DNA of 64,000 nucleotides from Demequina sp. (lineage in GTDB: Bacteria; Actinomycetota; Actinomycetes; Actinomycetales; Demequinaceae): the NCBI RefSeq assembly GCF_016278775.1, contig NZ_JADQBF010000028.1:13579-77578 (forward strand). The letters are read 5' to 3'. Positions within the stretch are counted from its first letter, which is position 1. Every line of letters starts with the position of its first letter. The notes beneath the pieces were generated by a model, which saw only the letters and a program-made list of their open reading frames with translations, was not told where the DNA came from and did not search any database. The position numbers were made by a program, and so were the translations under genes. Below are positions 55,500 to 64,000 of this stretch, piece after piece.

Positions 55500-58262
55500 A
55501 TGTCCCGCGCCCTTGCGCTGCCGTCCGCCGTTCTGCGCGCCTTCGCCGCCGTCATCGTCGCCCTGCTGGCCGCCATCGGTCTGAGCGTCGCGACGGCGCC
55601 CACGGCGTCCGCAGACCCCGGCGTGTGGGATGTGTCCGACGCCCACGTCGGCTTCTCGTGGCGGGTGCCCGACAGTTGGAATGACGTCAATGCCAACGGC
55701 AGCCTGGATGCGGGCGACACCCTCAGGTACGTGTTCGACATCACGGCGTTCACCGAGACAGTCCATGTGACCACGATCGGCTTTGCGGGCTTCAGCTGGG
55801 GGGTCAATGCGGATGCCAGCCCTGGCTCGCCGCTGTATCGCGCGATGATCGTGACGGTCACCGAGGCCCAACTGAACGACGTCGGCTGGGGGCCATACAT
55901 GCCTCCCAACACCTTCCACTACACGGTGGGCGAGTCCGCTGGCTCGCTCACCTTTGGCTCGCCCGCGCTCTACGCCACACCGTCCCCCATCACGGTGAGC
56001 ACAGCATTTGCCCTCACCGAGACTCATGGCAGCGTGCCGGATCAGGCGGTTGAGGGCGACTCCGCGAAGTATGTGACGACGGTGACCAACACGAGCGCGG
56101 TCAACATCTCCTTCACCCCTTCCAGCGGGCTCGATGCGGACACCTTCCCTCATGCGCTCGCCCCCGGGGCCTCAACAATCCTGTACACACCGCATGTGGG
56201 CGTGACTTACGCCCACATGGTCGCTGGAGGCGTGGCCTTTGCCGATGCCTCGATCACGTGGGCCTCGTCGGACGCAGCAGGCACGATCCCTGTGCCTTTG
56301 GCTACTGTGCCCACTGAGCCCATCGACGCGTCGTTCTCCGCTGGCGTTGCGACCGAGGTCAACGACGGCGCCACGGGAGACCCGGTGCCGCTCGGTGATG
56401 CCGAAGCGGGCGACGTGGTCGACTACACCTTCCAGCTCACCAACACCGGCAATGTGTGGCTTCAAGGCATGCGGCTGATCTCTGGGACATTCCCCGGCGA
56501 GTTCGCTCCTCACACCCTTTCGAGCGGGGCCATCGGACTGGCACCTGGCCAGAGCGTGCCCAACTCTGTGGCGCTCAGCACCCATCTCACCTCTGAGGGA
56601 AGCGGCGTCCTTCATCCCTACACCCTCACCGCGGCCGACGTCTTTCGAGGTTATGTCGACCTCGACTTCAGCGTGGTCGCGGGACCCACTCTCGCCATCG
56701 CCGACGCCGATCGGCCTGCGTACACGCAGTCCTTCGCGCCACGCGTGTTCTTGCGCAACTTCACCACCAGCGCGACCCTCACCGCGACGGCCACTCTCAA
56801 CGACCCGAACGGCGACAGCCGCGCCCAAGCCGGCGAGACCATCACCTACGACTGGCGCATCGTCAACACGTCGGACCAGGCCATCACGGTGACGCGCCTG
56901 TACAAGCGTCCTGCGATCGGCGTCGACTCTGGCGTGGGCGCTGGCGCACCCGACGGCGCCGTGATCGCGCGGGACGGTGAACTCACGGGCAGCTTCACGT
57001 ACACCGTCACGGCGGACGATGAAGACTCGTGGCTCATCCAGTTCGACGTGCTGGCCGACATCGAGGGCAGTGCCGACGGGGGCACCGCCACCGTCTCGCG
57101 TTCGACCTCTGGCGTCTTGGCGCAGCCATACGAGGCACCGTCCCCTCGCCACCTCGAAGTGGCCGGTTACTACGACGACGCCAACGGCGACGGCAAGGCC
57201 AACGTGGGCGAGACCGTCACCGTCGAGGTCGCCGTGCAGAACTTCGGGTCCTACCCCCTTACCGGCGTGGTGGTGACGGACGGTGCGGGCGCGAACGCTA
57301 CCGGCCTCCTGCCAGCGTTCCCCACGTCGATCGGCTCGTACGAGTTTCCGACGCGCAGCTTCGACCACGTGCTGACGGCTGACGACCTCACGCGCGGCAC
57401 GTTCTTCTACACCGCGCTACTGGATGCGGACGGGATGAGTACCCAGTCGGCGGATAGTACGTACTCCCTCGCCGTGCAGGCATACGTGGCGCCAGCCCAC
57501 ACCGTCACCACCACCGCGATCTATGACGACCTCAACGCCGACGGCTTCCCCAGCATCGGCGAGACGGTGACGGTGACCGCCACCGTTGCCAACGTCGGCG
57601 GGTATCCCCTGACCGGCTTGGTGGTGGACGACGCCCCCGGCTCCGACGTCACGGGACTGCTGCCAGCGTTCCCCGGCACGGTTCCCGCTGGCACGAACGC
57701 CACGGAGACGTTTGACCACGTACTCACGCCAGCCGACTTTGCGCGCGGCACCTTCACGTACAGTGCGCGGTTGACGGCCGACGGCGTCTCTCTGCCTGAG
57801 TTCTCTGCGCCGGTCGTTCTCACCGATATCTCGTTCGCCGCGTATGCGACGGACCTTGAGGGGACCGCCGCCGGGGGCATCGTCGTCTGCGACGCCGACG
57901 GCAACGTGGTGTCCAACCTGACCATCGGGCAGGACTACAAGGTGGCGCCCGTGATGTGCGGCTACGCCGGACCGGCAGACGGATATCGCACGATGGCCTT
58001 CTCCACGCCGATGCAGTTGGGCGTTGACACGTTCGCCGTCACCATCCCTGGCGCGCTGGGCGTTGGCGAACACCGCATCGCGTTGTACGGCCCTGGCGGC
58101 GAACTGGTGGGGTGGCGCGGAGTGGCAGTTGCAGAGCCCATCGCCTACGCGGGGCTGGCGTCCACTGGGTGGGATTCCGGAATGGGCCTCGCAGGACTGG
58201 CCGCCGCTTTGATCCTCATGGGAGCGGCCGGCATGACGGAGGGCGCGCGCAGGCGGAGGTAG
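55500..58262 (+). CDS. Secreted repeat protein with sortase-type signal (LASTG), paralog of 51759-54281
   Basis: Signal peptide, repeats DVNANGSLDAGD, DPNGDSRAQAGE, DANGDGKANVGE, DLNADGFPSIGE; LASTG + TM + RRRR. Confidence 0.85.
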   Translation: MSRALALPSAVLRAFAAVIVALLAAIGLSVATAPTASADPGVWDVSDAHVGFSWRVPDSWNDVNANGSLDAGDTLRYVFDITAFTETVHVTTIGFAGFSWGVNADASPGSPLYRAMIVTVTEAQLNDVGWGPYMPPNTFHYTVGESAGSLTFGSPALYATPSPITVSTAFALTETHGSVPDQAVEGDSAKYVTTVTNTSAVNISFTPSSGLDADTFPHALAPGASTILYTPHVGVTYAHMVAGGVAFADASITWASSDAAGTIPVPLATVPTEPIDASFSAGVATEVNDGATGDPVPLGDAEAGDVVDYTFQLTNTGNVWLQGMRLISGTFPGEFAPHTLSSGAIGLAPGQSVPNSVALSTHLTSEGSGVLHPYTLTAADVFRGYVDLDFSVVAGPTLAIADADRPAYTQSFAPRVFLRNFTTSATLTATATLNDPNGDSRAQAGETITYDWRIVNTSDQAITVTRLYKRPAIGVDSGVGAGAPDGAVIARDGELTGSFTYTVTADDEDSWLIQFDVLADIEGSADGGTATVSRSTSGVLAQPYEAPSPRHLEVAGYYDDANGDGKANVGETVTVEVAVQNFGSYPLTGVVVTDGAGANATGLLPAFPTSIGSYEFPTRSFDHVLTADDLTRGTFFYTALLDADGMSTQSADSTYSLAVQAYVAPAHTVTTTAIYDDLNADGFPSIGETVTVTATVANVGGYPLTGLVVDDAPGSDVTGLLPAFPGTVPAGTNATETFDHVLTPADFARGTFTYSARLTADGVSLPEFSAPVVLTDISFAAYATDLEGTAAGGIVVCDADGNVVSNLTIGQDYKVAPVMCGYAGPADGYRTMAFSTPMQLGVDTFAVTIPGALGVGEHRIALYGPGGELVGWRGVAVAEPIAYAGLASTGWDSGMGLAGLAAALILMGAAGMTEGARRRR

Positions 58263-58301
58263 TGCCGCCCGCCGGGTGCCGCGGTCCGTCATGATGGCCA
58301 C

Positions 58302-58946
58302 ATGAAGACCACTGACGAAGGGCTCGACGCGCTCGTGGCCCGCGCGGCCGCCCTCGCCCAGCCGGGCGGGCGGCGGCTGCTCGGCATCGTTGGGCCGCCG
58401 GGTTCAGGCAAGTCGACACTTGCCGACGCGCTGGCTGCAGGCGTGGCGGCGCAGGGGCACGACGTGGTGGTGGTGCCCATGGACGGGTTCCACTTGGCGC
58501 AGACCGAGTTGGAGCGCTTGGGCCGCGCCGGGAGGAAGGGCGCGCCCGACACGTTCGACGCGGCCGGATTCGTCGCCCTGCTGAGGCGGATCGCAAAGCC
58601 CGGCCCCGACGTCGTCTACGCCCCCGCATTTGACCGAGCGCTCGAGGAGCCGATCGCTGGCGCCATCCCCGTCACGCCCGATGCGCAGTTGGTGATGGTG
58701 GAGGGCAACTACCTGCTGCTGGATGAGCCGCCGTGGGCGGACGCCCGGCCGATGTTGGACGAGGCCTGGTATGTGCGGCTGGATGCGGCCGTGCGTGTGG
58801 AGCGGCTGATCGCGCGGCACCGCCGCTTTGGTCGCGGCGAGCGTGAGGCTCGGGAGTTTGTGTTGGGTTCTGACGAACGCAATGCCGAGCTGGTGGCTGC
58901 CTCGGCCGAGCGCGCCGATCTGATTGTGAACGTGGGCACCTGGTAG
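58302..58946 (+). CDS. Nucleoside/nucleotide kinase family protein (uridine/pantothenate kinase-like)
   Basis: GPPGSGKST, VPMDGFHL, RKGAPDTFD, VEGNYLLL. Confidence 0.88.
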   Translation: MKTTDEGLDALVARAAALAQPGGRRLLGIVGPPGSGKSTLADALAAGVAAQGHDVVVVPMDGFHLAQTELERLGRAGRKGAPDTFDAAGFVALLRRIAKPGPDVVYAPAFDRALEEPIAGAIPVTPDAQLVMVEGNYLLLDEPPWADARPMLDEAWYVRLDAAVRVERLIARHRRFGRGEREAREFVLGSDERNAELVAASAERADLIVNVGTW

Positions 58947-59003
58947 GCGGGCACGGGGCTACGTGCTCCCGACAGTGCTTGAGCCCGCTGGCATGCCGCC
59001 CAC

Positions 59004-59462
59004 CTATGCCGTGATTCCCCTGGCCTCTGCCCCATCGAACAGGTCTTGTGCCGTTTGTACAGCCAGGTCTGCCTCGGCACTGCCGATGGGTGCGGCCCGG
59101 TAGCGCTGCTGGTTTCGCGCCCGGCGCAGTCGGTCGTAATGCCCCGACGCACGGTCTCCTGGGGGACTATCGAGGACGATGCGCACGAACCGCCCGAGCG
59201 CCTCGTGCTGACCTGCGCCGTTTGTGGTCCGGTAACCGTAGGCGGCCATGATCGCCTCTCCCACATCGTGACATGCGTCGTAGGCGAGGTTGTAGCGATT
59301 CTGAGCCTTGGTGAGACGCGGGAGGTCCTCCAAGGTGTCGTCGGCCTGGCGCATGAAGGCCGCCGCGCGCGCAAGATCCGGAGGGACGCGGGAAAGCCTG
59401 CCAGCGGTGACGAGCGAGTCGGCCGCAGTGCGCTGCGCCAGGCTGAGCGGCGTCACGCCCAT
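59004..59462 (-). CDS. HEPN domain protein (putative toxin)
   Basis: YNLAYDAC..GEAIMAAYGY and YDRLRRARNQQRY; overlaps the MNT stop. Confidence 0.75.
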   Translation of the reverse strand: MGVTPLSLAQRTAADSLVTAGRLSRVPPDLARAAAFMRQADDTLEDLPRLTKAQNRYNLAYDACHDVGEAIMAAYGYRTTNGAGQHEALGRFVRIVLDSPPGDRASGHYDRLRRARNQQRYRAAPIGSAEADLAVQTAQDLFDGAEARGITA

Positions 59463-60037
59463 GGCAGGTCCCCCAGGATGGGAACGACGGGGTTGGCGCG
59501 CAGGTGTTCGAGGAAGCCAGAGCGCTGCTGAGCTTCGGCGCGAGTCAAGATCGTGGGGTTGATGGGGCGAGCAACGAGCTCTTCCACCTGCCCGCACGCG
59601 TCGTAAACATCAGTCGGGTCCGGCTTCCCAATAACCATGAGGTCGATGTCGTTCGGCGAGGAGCCCTCGATGCCATTCATGCGAGCCGCGAACGAGCCGT
59701 AGAGGAACGCAGATTCGACGCCGCTGAGGGGAGCGAGCCGCTCCGCGAGGAGGACAACGGGGCCAGTGGCAACCAGCAGAATTTCGCGCAGCGGAGCCAC
59801 CAGCGGGCTCTCAGGGTTGCCGCGCACGAGACGTGTCCGACCCACCCGGCGCTCGGAGAGGACTCCAGCGTCGAGCAGCCGAGCAACTTCGCGGTGTGCG
59901 GTGGGGTAGGCAAGCGCAGCCTTGTCAGCAAGGTCCGAGATGCTCAGTTCGGGCGTGCCGAGCAGGAGCACCGAGAGCAGGCGTGCCTGACCATCCGACC
60001 GAAAGATCGGGGCCAAGAGTGGCGCCTCAGTTCTCAT
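59453..60037 (-). CDS. HTH - minimal nucleotidyltransferase (MNT) protein (putative antitoxin)
   Basis: N-terminal wHTH (LSISDLADKAALAYPTAHREVARL) plus FLYGSFA..DIDL catalytic motif. Confidence 0.85.
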   Translation of the reverse strand: MRTEAPLLAPIFRSDGQARLLSVLLLGTPELSISDLADKAALAYPTAHREVARLLDAGVLSERRVGRTRLVRGNPESPLVAPLREILLVATGPVVLLAERLAPLSGVESAFLYGSFAARMNGIEGSSPNDIDLMVIGKPDPTDVYDACGQVEELVARPINPTILTRAEAQQRSGFLEHLRANPVVPILGDLPWA

Positions 60038-60042
60038 ATGAT

Positions 60043-60073
60043 GGATAATATTATCCGTTATAGCGATAGTCAA
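60043..60073 (-). promoter_or_regulatory. Leaderless sigma-A promoter with palindromic operator
   Basis: Minus strand TTGACT-N17-TATTAT-N7-ATG; perfect palindrome GGATAATATTATCC (60043-60056) covers the -10. Confidence 0.8.
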
Positions 60074-60278
60074 GAGCGAGACGCTCTAGTCGGTGTTCTT
60101 GCGTTCGGGGTCTGTCCAGTAGCGGTCTTCGTGGGGGGCGCGACCGTTGTATTGACCTCTTGTTCCGGCGATCCTGGGGCGCCCCCACGAGGACTGCCAC
60201 CGCTACACCACGCAGCAGTCGAGTCATGCCCAGACCATATCGACCAAACCGGACGCCCGGTACCCCAAGACTGGGGGC

Positions 60279-60287
60279 TGTGGATAA
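60279..60287. promoter_or_regulatory. Isolated DnaA box
   Basis: TGTGGATAA (reverse complement TTATCCACA) in an intergenic region; single copy. Confidence 0.4.
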
Positions 60288-60408
60288 CCCCGGCGACCAC
60301 ACGGCGTCGGCGACAAAGGCCCTCCAACCAGCACATCTGCGACCTTGGGCCTAGGCTCGGGGCAGTGGGCGCAACGACGCGCACGCTGAACGCCGAGGGA
60401 AGGTAGTT

Positions 60409-60741
60409 ATGAAGAGCAACACTGTCTTAGGAGTCATCGGGGGCATCCTCATCGCCATCGCGGTGTTCCTCACTGGCGACACCATCAAGTTCTCGGGCGA
60501 GGCCATCAAGGACACGATGTCCTTCATCCTGTTCATCGCGGCACTCGCGATCATCGCTTTCTCGGTGATGAATAGCCGCACCCTCACCAGTTACGCGGCC
60601 ATTGTTGCGGCGACCATCGTGCTCATCTGGTTCGTGGAACTGGTCCGCAACGACGCGCTCGACTTCTCGGTGCGTCTGATCCTGCTGCTGGTGGGCGTGG
60701 TACTCGCACTCTTCGCCTCGCTGGGCAGTCGCAGAAACTAG
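60409..60741 (+). CDS. Small four-TM membrane protein
   Basis: 110 aa, hydrophobic, coding-like codon use, GGAAGG RBS. Confidence 0.7.
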   Translation: MKSNTVLGVIGGILIAIAVFLTGDTIKFSGEAIKDTMSFILFIAALAIIAFSVMNSRTLTSYAAIVAATIVLIWFVELVRNDALDFSVRLILLLVGVVLALFASLGSRRN

Positions 60742-60862
60742 ACGGTAGCGGGAGCGGGCCGGGACCACGGTCCCGGCTCGCTCTCTGCCCACAGGTGTAA
60801 GCCGAGAGTGTCACTCGTCGACACTCGGCCGGCGTGTCCCCGTGAAGCAGGGAGGCGGACTC

Positions 60863-61750
60863 ATGAACACCGAACAGCTCGAGAAGATCAAGAGTGGCAA
60901 GGGCTTCATCGCCGCGCTGGACCAGAGCGGGGGCAGCACCCCGAAGGCGCTCAAGCTCTTCGGCATCAGTGAGAAGCAGTACTCGAACGAAGACGAGATG
61001 TTCGAGCTCATGCACCAGATGCGCACGCGGATCATGACCAGCCCGGCCTTCACCGGTGAGCGGATCCTTGGCGCCATCCTGTTTGAGATGACGATGGACC
61101 GCGAGATCGGCGGCAAGGGCACCGCCGAGTACCTGTGGGAAGACAAGAAGATCGTGCCGTTCCTCAAGGTGGACAAGGGCCTGGCGGAACCGGCCGACGG
61201 GTCGCGCACCATGAATCCGCTGCCGGACCTCGAGGCGGTGCTGGCCAAGGCAAAGACCCACGGAGTATTCGGCACCAAGATGCGGTCGGTCATCAGGCTG
61301 GCCAACAAGGCTGGCGTGCAGGCGGTGGTGGACCAGCAGTTCCAGGTGGCGCGGCGCATCCTCGAACAGGACATGATGCCGATCATCGAGCCTGAGGTGG
61401 ACGTGTTCAGCCCTGAGAAGGCGCTGGCCGAGAACATGCTGAAGGGCGTCCTGCTAGACGCGCTGGACCAGCTCGACCCCGGCCAACAGGTCATGCTGAA
61501 GGTCAGCCTGCCTGACAAGTCTGACCTCCACGCCGAGTTGGTGGCGCACCCCAACGTGCTGCGCGTGGTCGCCCTGTCCGGCGGCTACACACGCGAGAAC
61601 GCCAACTACCACCTGACCCGCAACCACGGAGTGGTCGCCAGTTTCTCCCGCGCCCTGACGGAGGGCCTCACGGCCCAGCAGAGCCAAGAGGAGTTTGACG
61701 CCGCGCTCGACGCGTCGATCGCGAGCATCTACGAGGCGTCGCTCGGCTGA
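60863..61750 (+). CDS. fda: Fructose-bisphosphate aldolase class I (bacterial type)
   Basis: KGFIAALDQSGGSTPKAL, VPFLKVDKGL, GTKMRSVI, PIIEPEV, RVVALSGGY, ASFSRAL. Confidence 0.95.
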   Translation: MNTEQLEKIKSGKGFIAALDQSGGSTPKALKLFGISEKQYSNEDEMFELMHQMRTRIMTSPAFTGERILGAILFEMTMDREIGGKGTAEYLWEDKKIVPFLKVDKGLAEPADGSRTMNPLPDLEAVLAKAKTHGVFGTKMRSVIRLANKAGVQAVVDQQFQVARRILEQDMMPIIEPEVDVFSPEKALAENMLKGVLLDALDQLDPGQQVMLKVSLPDKSDLHAELVAHPNVLRVVALSGGYTRENANYHLTRNHGVVASFSRALTEGLTAQQSQEEFDAALDASIASIYEASLG

Positions 61751-61822
61751 GGTTGGGGGCGGGCGCGGCCGACGTTAGGGACGGCTCTGGCTATCGCTTC
61801 GGAGCTCTGCCATTCTGACCCC

Positions 61823-62890
61823 ATGGGGGAACCACTCACGCTGATTGCCAGCGCCGACGCCGTTGCCGCACGCGTTGTCGCGTTGCCTGAGGGGATCTCC
61901 ACGCGCCCCGCCGCCGAGGGCGACGCCGAGGCGCTCGCCCAGCTCCATGTGGGTGCGTACGACCCTGGCGTGGGGCCGTCGTCCCTGCTCGACGCTCGCG
62001 AGGAGATCCGCAGGATGCTTGCGGGGGCGCGCGGTCGCGTGTGGCTGGAGGCTTCCCGCGTGGCGGTTGACGACGCCGACGGCAGGCTGGTCGCGTGCGC
62101 CATTGCGGTCGCGGAGACTCCCGGCAAGGACGGGCCTGAGGCGGGGCCGCGGGTGATCGAACTGCTGACCCAGCGCCGGTGGCGAGGGCGAGGGCTCGCG
62201 AGCTCGCTGCTTGCCGACGCCGCCCGGGTGGTGGCGGGGGGAGGGGCGCTGACCCTCACCGTCGAGGTTGATTCGGGCAACATCGGCGCATTGCGGTTGT
62301 TCGCTGCGGCGGGCTTCGCAGGGGTCGGCCAGGCGGACGCCGACGCCATGGCACGTGCGACTGAGGCAGAGATGGGCGACTGGCGGGCCGAGTTCGCGCC
62401 GCATCCGGAGCCCGCGCGCCGCCGTGGGCTGATGGACACTGCCGACGTGGTCTCAACGGTCATGGGCATGTTCGCCATGCTGTTGGCGATCGGGATTCCG
62501 ATCGCGTTTGTTGGGTTGGTGATCTGGCTGTTCTTCTCTTTGATGGGAGACCCGGCGCCAGAGGTATCGCCTAGTCCGCAAGCGGGTGCGGACCGCGTCC
62601 CATCGTGGGTGGTGGGATATGTCGCAGGCCCTGGGCGCACGGAGTTGACCCTCGTGGTGGAGGCCTGCGACGAGTGGAACCTCGACGAAACCTGGACAAG
62701 CAAGCAGGACGCCGCCCACGTGGAACTCTGGGTCGGGTGGTGGAGCATGTCGCTACCGCCGTGCGAGGCCCCGGAACTGCGCACGTTTGAGTTCGGGTTG
62801 CTCGAACCGCTCGGAGACCGCACGGTGTTCCTGTTGGGCGGCGGCGAGGTGCCCCGCTTCGAAGGGGAGTTGCCGCCGGGCGACAGCTAG
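61823..62890 (+). CDS. GNAT acetyltransferase domain fused to a TM segment and extracellular domain
   Basis: TQRRWRGRGLASSLL (acetyl-CoA loop), VDSGNIGALRLF; then TM helix and acidic domain in the same frame. Confidence 0.65.
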   Translation: MGEPLTLIASADAVAARVVALPEGISTRPAAEGDAEALAQLHVGAYDPGVGPSSLLDAREEIRRMLAGARGRVWLEASRVAVDDADGRLVACAIAVAETPGKDGPEAGPRVIELLTQRRWRGRGLASSLLADAARVVAGGGALTLTVEVDSGNIGALRLFAAAGFAGVGQADADAMARATEAEMGDWRAEFAPHPEPARRRGLMDTADVVSTVMGMFAMLLAIGIPIAFVGLVIWLFFSLMGDPAPEVSPSPQAGADRVPSWVVGYVAGPGRTELTLVVEACDEWNLDETWTSKQDAAHVELWVGWWSMSLPPCEAPELRTFEFGLLEPLGDRTVFLLGGGEVPRFEGELPPGDS

Positions 62891-63019
62891 ACGCCGCTCG
62901 CTGCCGCGCCGGTTGTTCGCCTACGCCCGCGCGGAGAGGTATTGGTCGAGCGCCTCACGGTCATGCCTACCTCCCTTCTCCCGGCTACCCTCATCACAGG
63001 GACGCGAGCGGGGACACGC

Positions 63020-64000
63020 ATGACTCACACGGACGACGGCGGGGCGGTCAGGCGCCCTCGGCTGCCAGAGCCCGGATGGCTCCCCGACCCCAGCCGCCTG
63101 GACATCGAACGCTACTGGGACGGTTCGAGCTGGACGTCCCGCACCCGCGACCGCGTGTCCAAGCTGGAGCGCATCCCCGCGACCGGATGGGTCGACGAGC
63201 CGCGTCGCGGGCGTCACCCCGGCCGGTGGTTCGTGTCTTTGGTGGTGGTGGGGCTCCTCGCGTTCGGCGGGGCTGGCTACGCGGGCATGCTGCCGTCGTG
63301 GATGCCAGCGCCCAGCGGGTTGGGGCTTGGCCCGCCGGCGGGGCCCGCCGTCGCCTACCCGGTGTTCGGCTCCAACAACACGGTCACCTACCTGGCGCGA
63401 AGCCTGGTGGCGCAGCAGCAGGAGATCGACGTGACCTGGATCCAGGCGCAGGGCGCTGACGTGATGTCTGTGGTGGAGGACGCCATGGGCGAGGTCCTGT
63501 CGCAGAACCCCTACGTGTTTGTCTCGGGCTGGAGCGTCAAGGTAGGGACGGCGAAGTCGAGCCTGCGGCCGGAATACACGTACTCGGCGGACGAGGCGGA
63601 ACGCAGGCGCGTCGCGACCGCGAGCGCGGTGCAGGCCGTGCTGGCCACGCCAGACGTGCAATCGGCACAGGGCGACCGCGCCACCGTCGAGGCCCTGCAC
63701 GACGCGGTGCTGCGCGCCGCTACCTACGACCGCGCGGCCTACGACGCCATCAACGCTGGCGAAACCACGGCGTCGTCCGGGCAGGTGGCGCAATCCCAAG
63801 AGGCGTACGGCATCTTGGTGGAGGGGACAGCGGTGTGCAATGGGTACGCCCAGGCCATGCAGTTGCTCGCGGAGGCGGCCGGCCTGGAGTCTGTGGTCGT
63901 GAACGGCATGGCCAGCAGCGGGTTCACCACGGGTGCGCACGCGTGGAACAAGGTGCGCGTCGACGGCGAGTGGCTGGTGGTGGACGCGACGTGGGACGAC
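63020..64000 (+). CDS. DUF2510 + transglutaminase-like domain protein, truncated at window end
   Basis: Manual translation from ATG 63020: PGWLPDP..RYWDGSSWT, TM helix, AVCNGYA, HAWNKVRVDGEW..DATWDD (Cys-His-Asp triad). Confidence 0.85.
   Translation, partial: MTHTDDGGAVRRPRLPEPGWLPDPSRLDIERYWDGSSWTSRTRDRVSKLERIPATGWVDEPRRGRHPGRWFVSLVVVGLLAFGGAGYAGMLPSWMPAPSGLGLGPPAGPAVAYPVFGSNNTVTYLARSLVAQQQEIDVTWIQAQGADVMSVVEDAMGEVLSQNPYVFVSGWSVKVGTAKSSLRPEYTYSADEAERRRVATASAVQAVLATPDVQSAQGDRATVEALHDAVLRAATYDRAAYDAINAGETTASSGQVAQSQEAYGILVEGTAVCNGYAQAMQLLAEAAGLESVVVNGMASSGFTTGAHAWNKVRVDGEWLVVDATWDD

Noticed and set aside
60080-60230. Possible small frameshifted minus-strand ORF (MTRLLRGVAVAVLVG / RPRIAGTRGQYNGRAPHEDRYWTD)
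   Set aside because: No recognisable family and no clear RBS; requires an assumed frameshift.
60279-60287. DnaA box as evidence of a replication origin
   Set aside because: Single copy, no box cluster or DUE, and no dnaA/dnaN nearby.

Overview
High-GC actinobacterial chromosomal segment; gene content and order suggest Micrococcales (inference). A core backbone (clpC, mutY, radA, proC, glpD/glpK, class I fructose-bisphosphate aldolase, ada/alkA-ogt) is interleaved with accessory stress, drug and DNA-damage genes. No rRNA, tRNA, CRISPR array, integrase or transposase was recognised. Most notable: (1) a perfect rifamycin-associated element (RAE) upstream of a helR gene broken by a 1-nt frameshift; (2) a Fic/wHTH gene bracketed by two related ~45-bp AT-rich elements, one overlapping its own promoter; (3) a yybP-ykoY Mn2+ riboswitch on a TerC/Alx gene; (4) a candidate structured RNA leader before a DUF1611-racemase operon; (5) a C-loop hairpin resembling actinobacterial 6C sRNA; (6) two paralogous sortase-type surface proteins, each with a CRP-like box; (7) an HTH-MNT/HEPN toxin-antitoxin pair with a palindromic operator. 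Many genes appear leaderless. All product calls come from motif recognition by eye; no database search was run.
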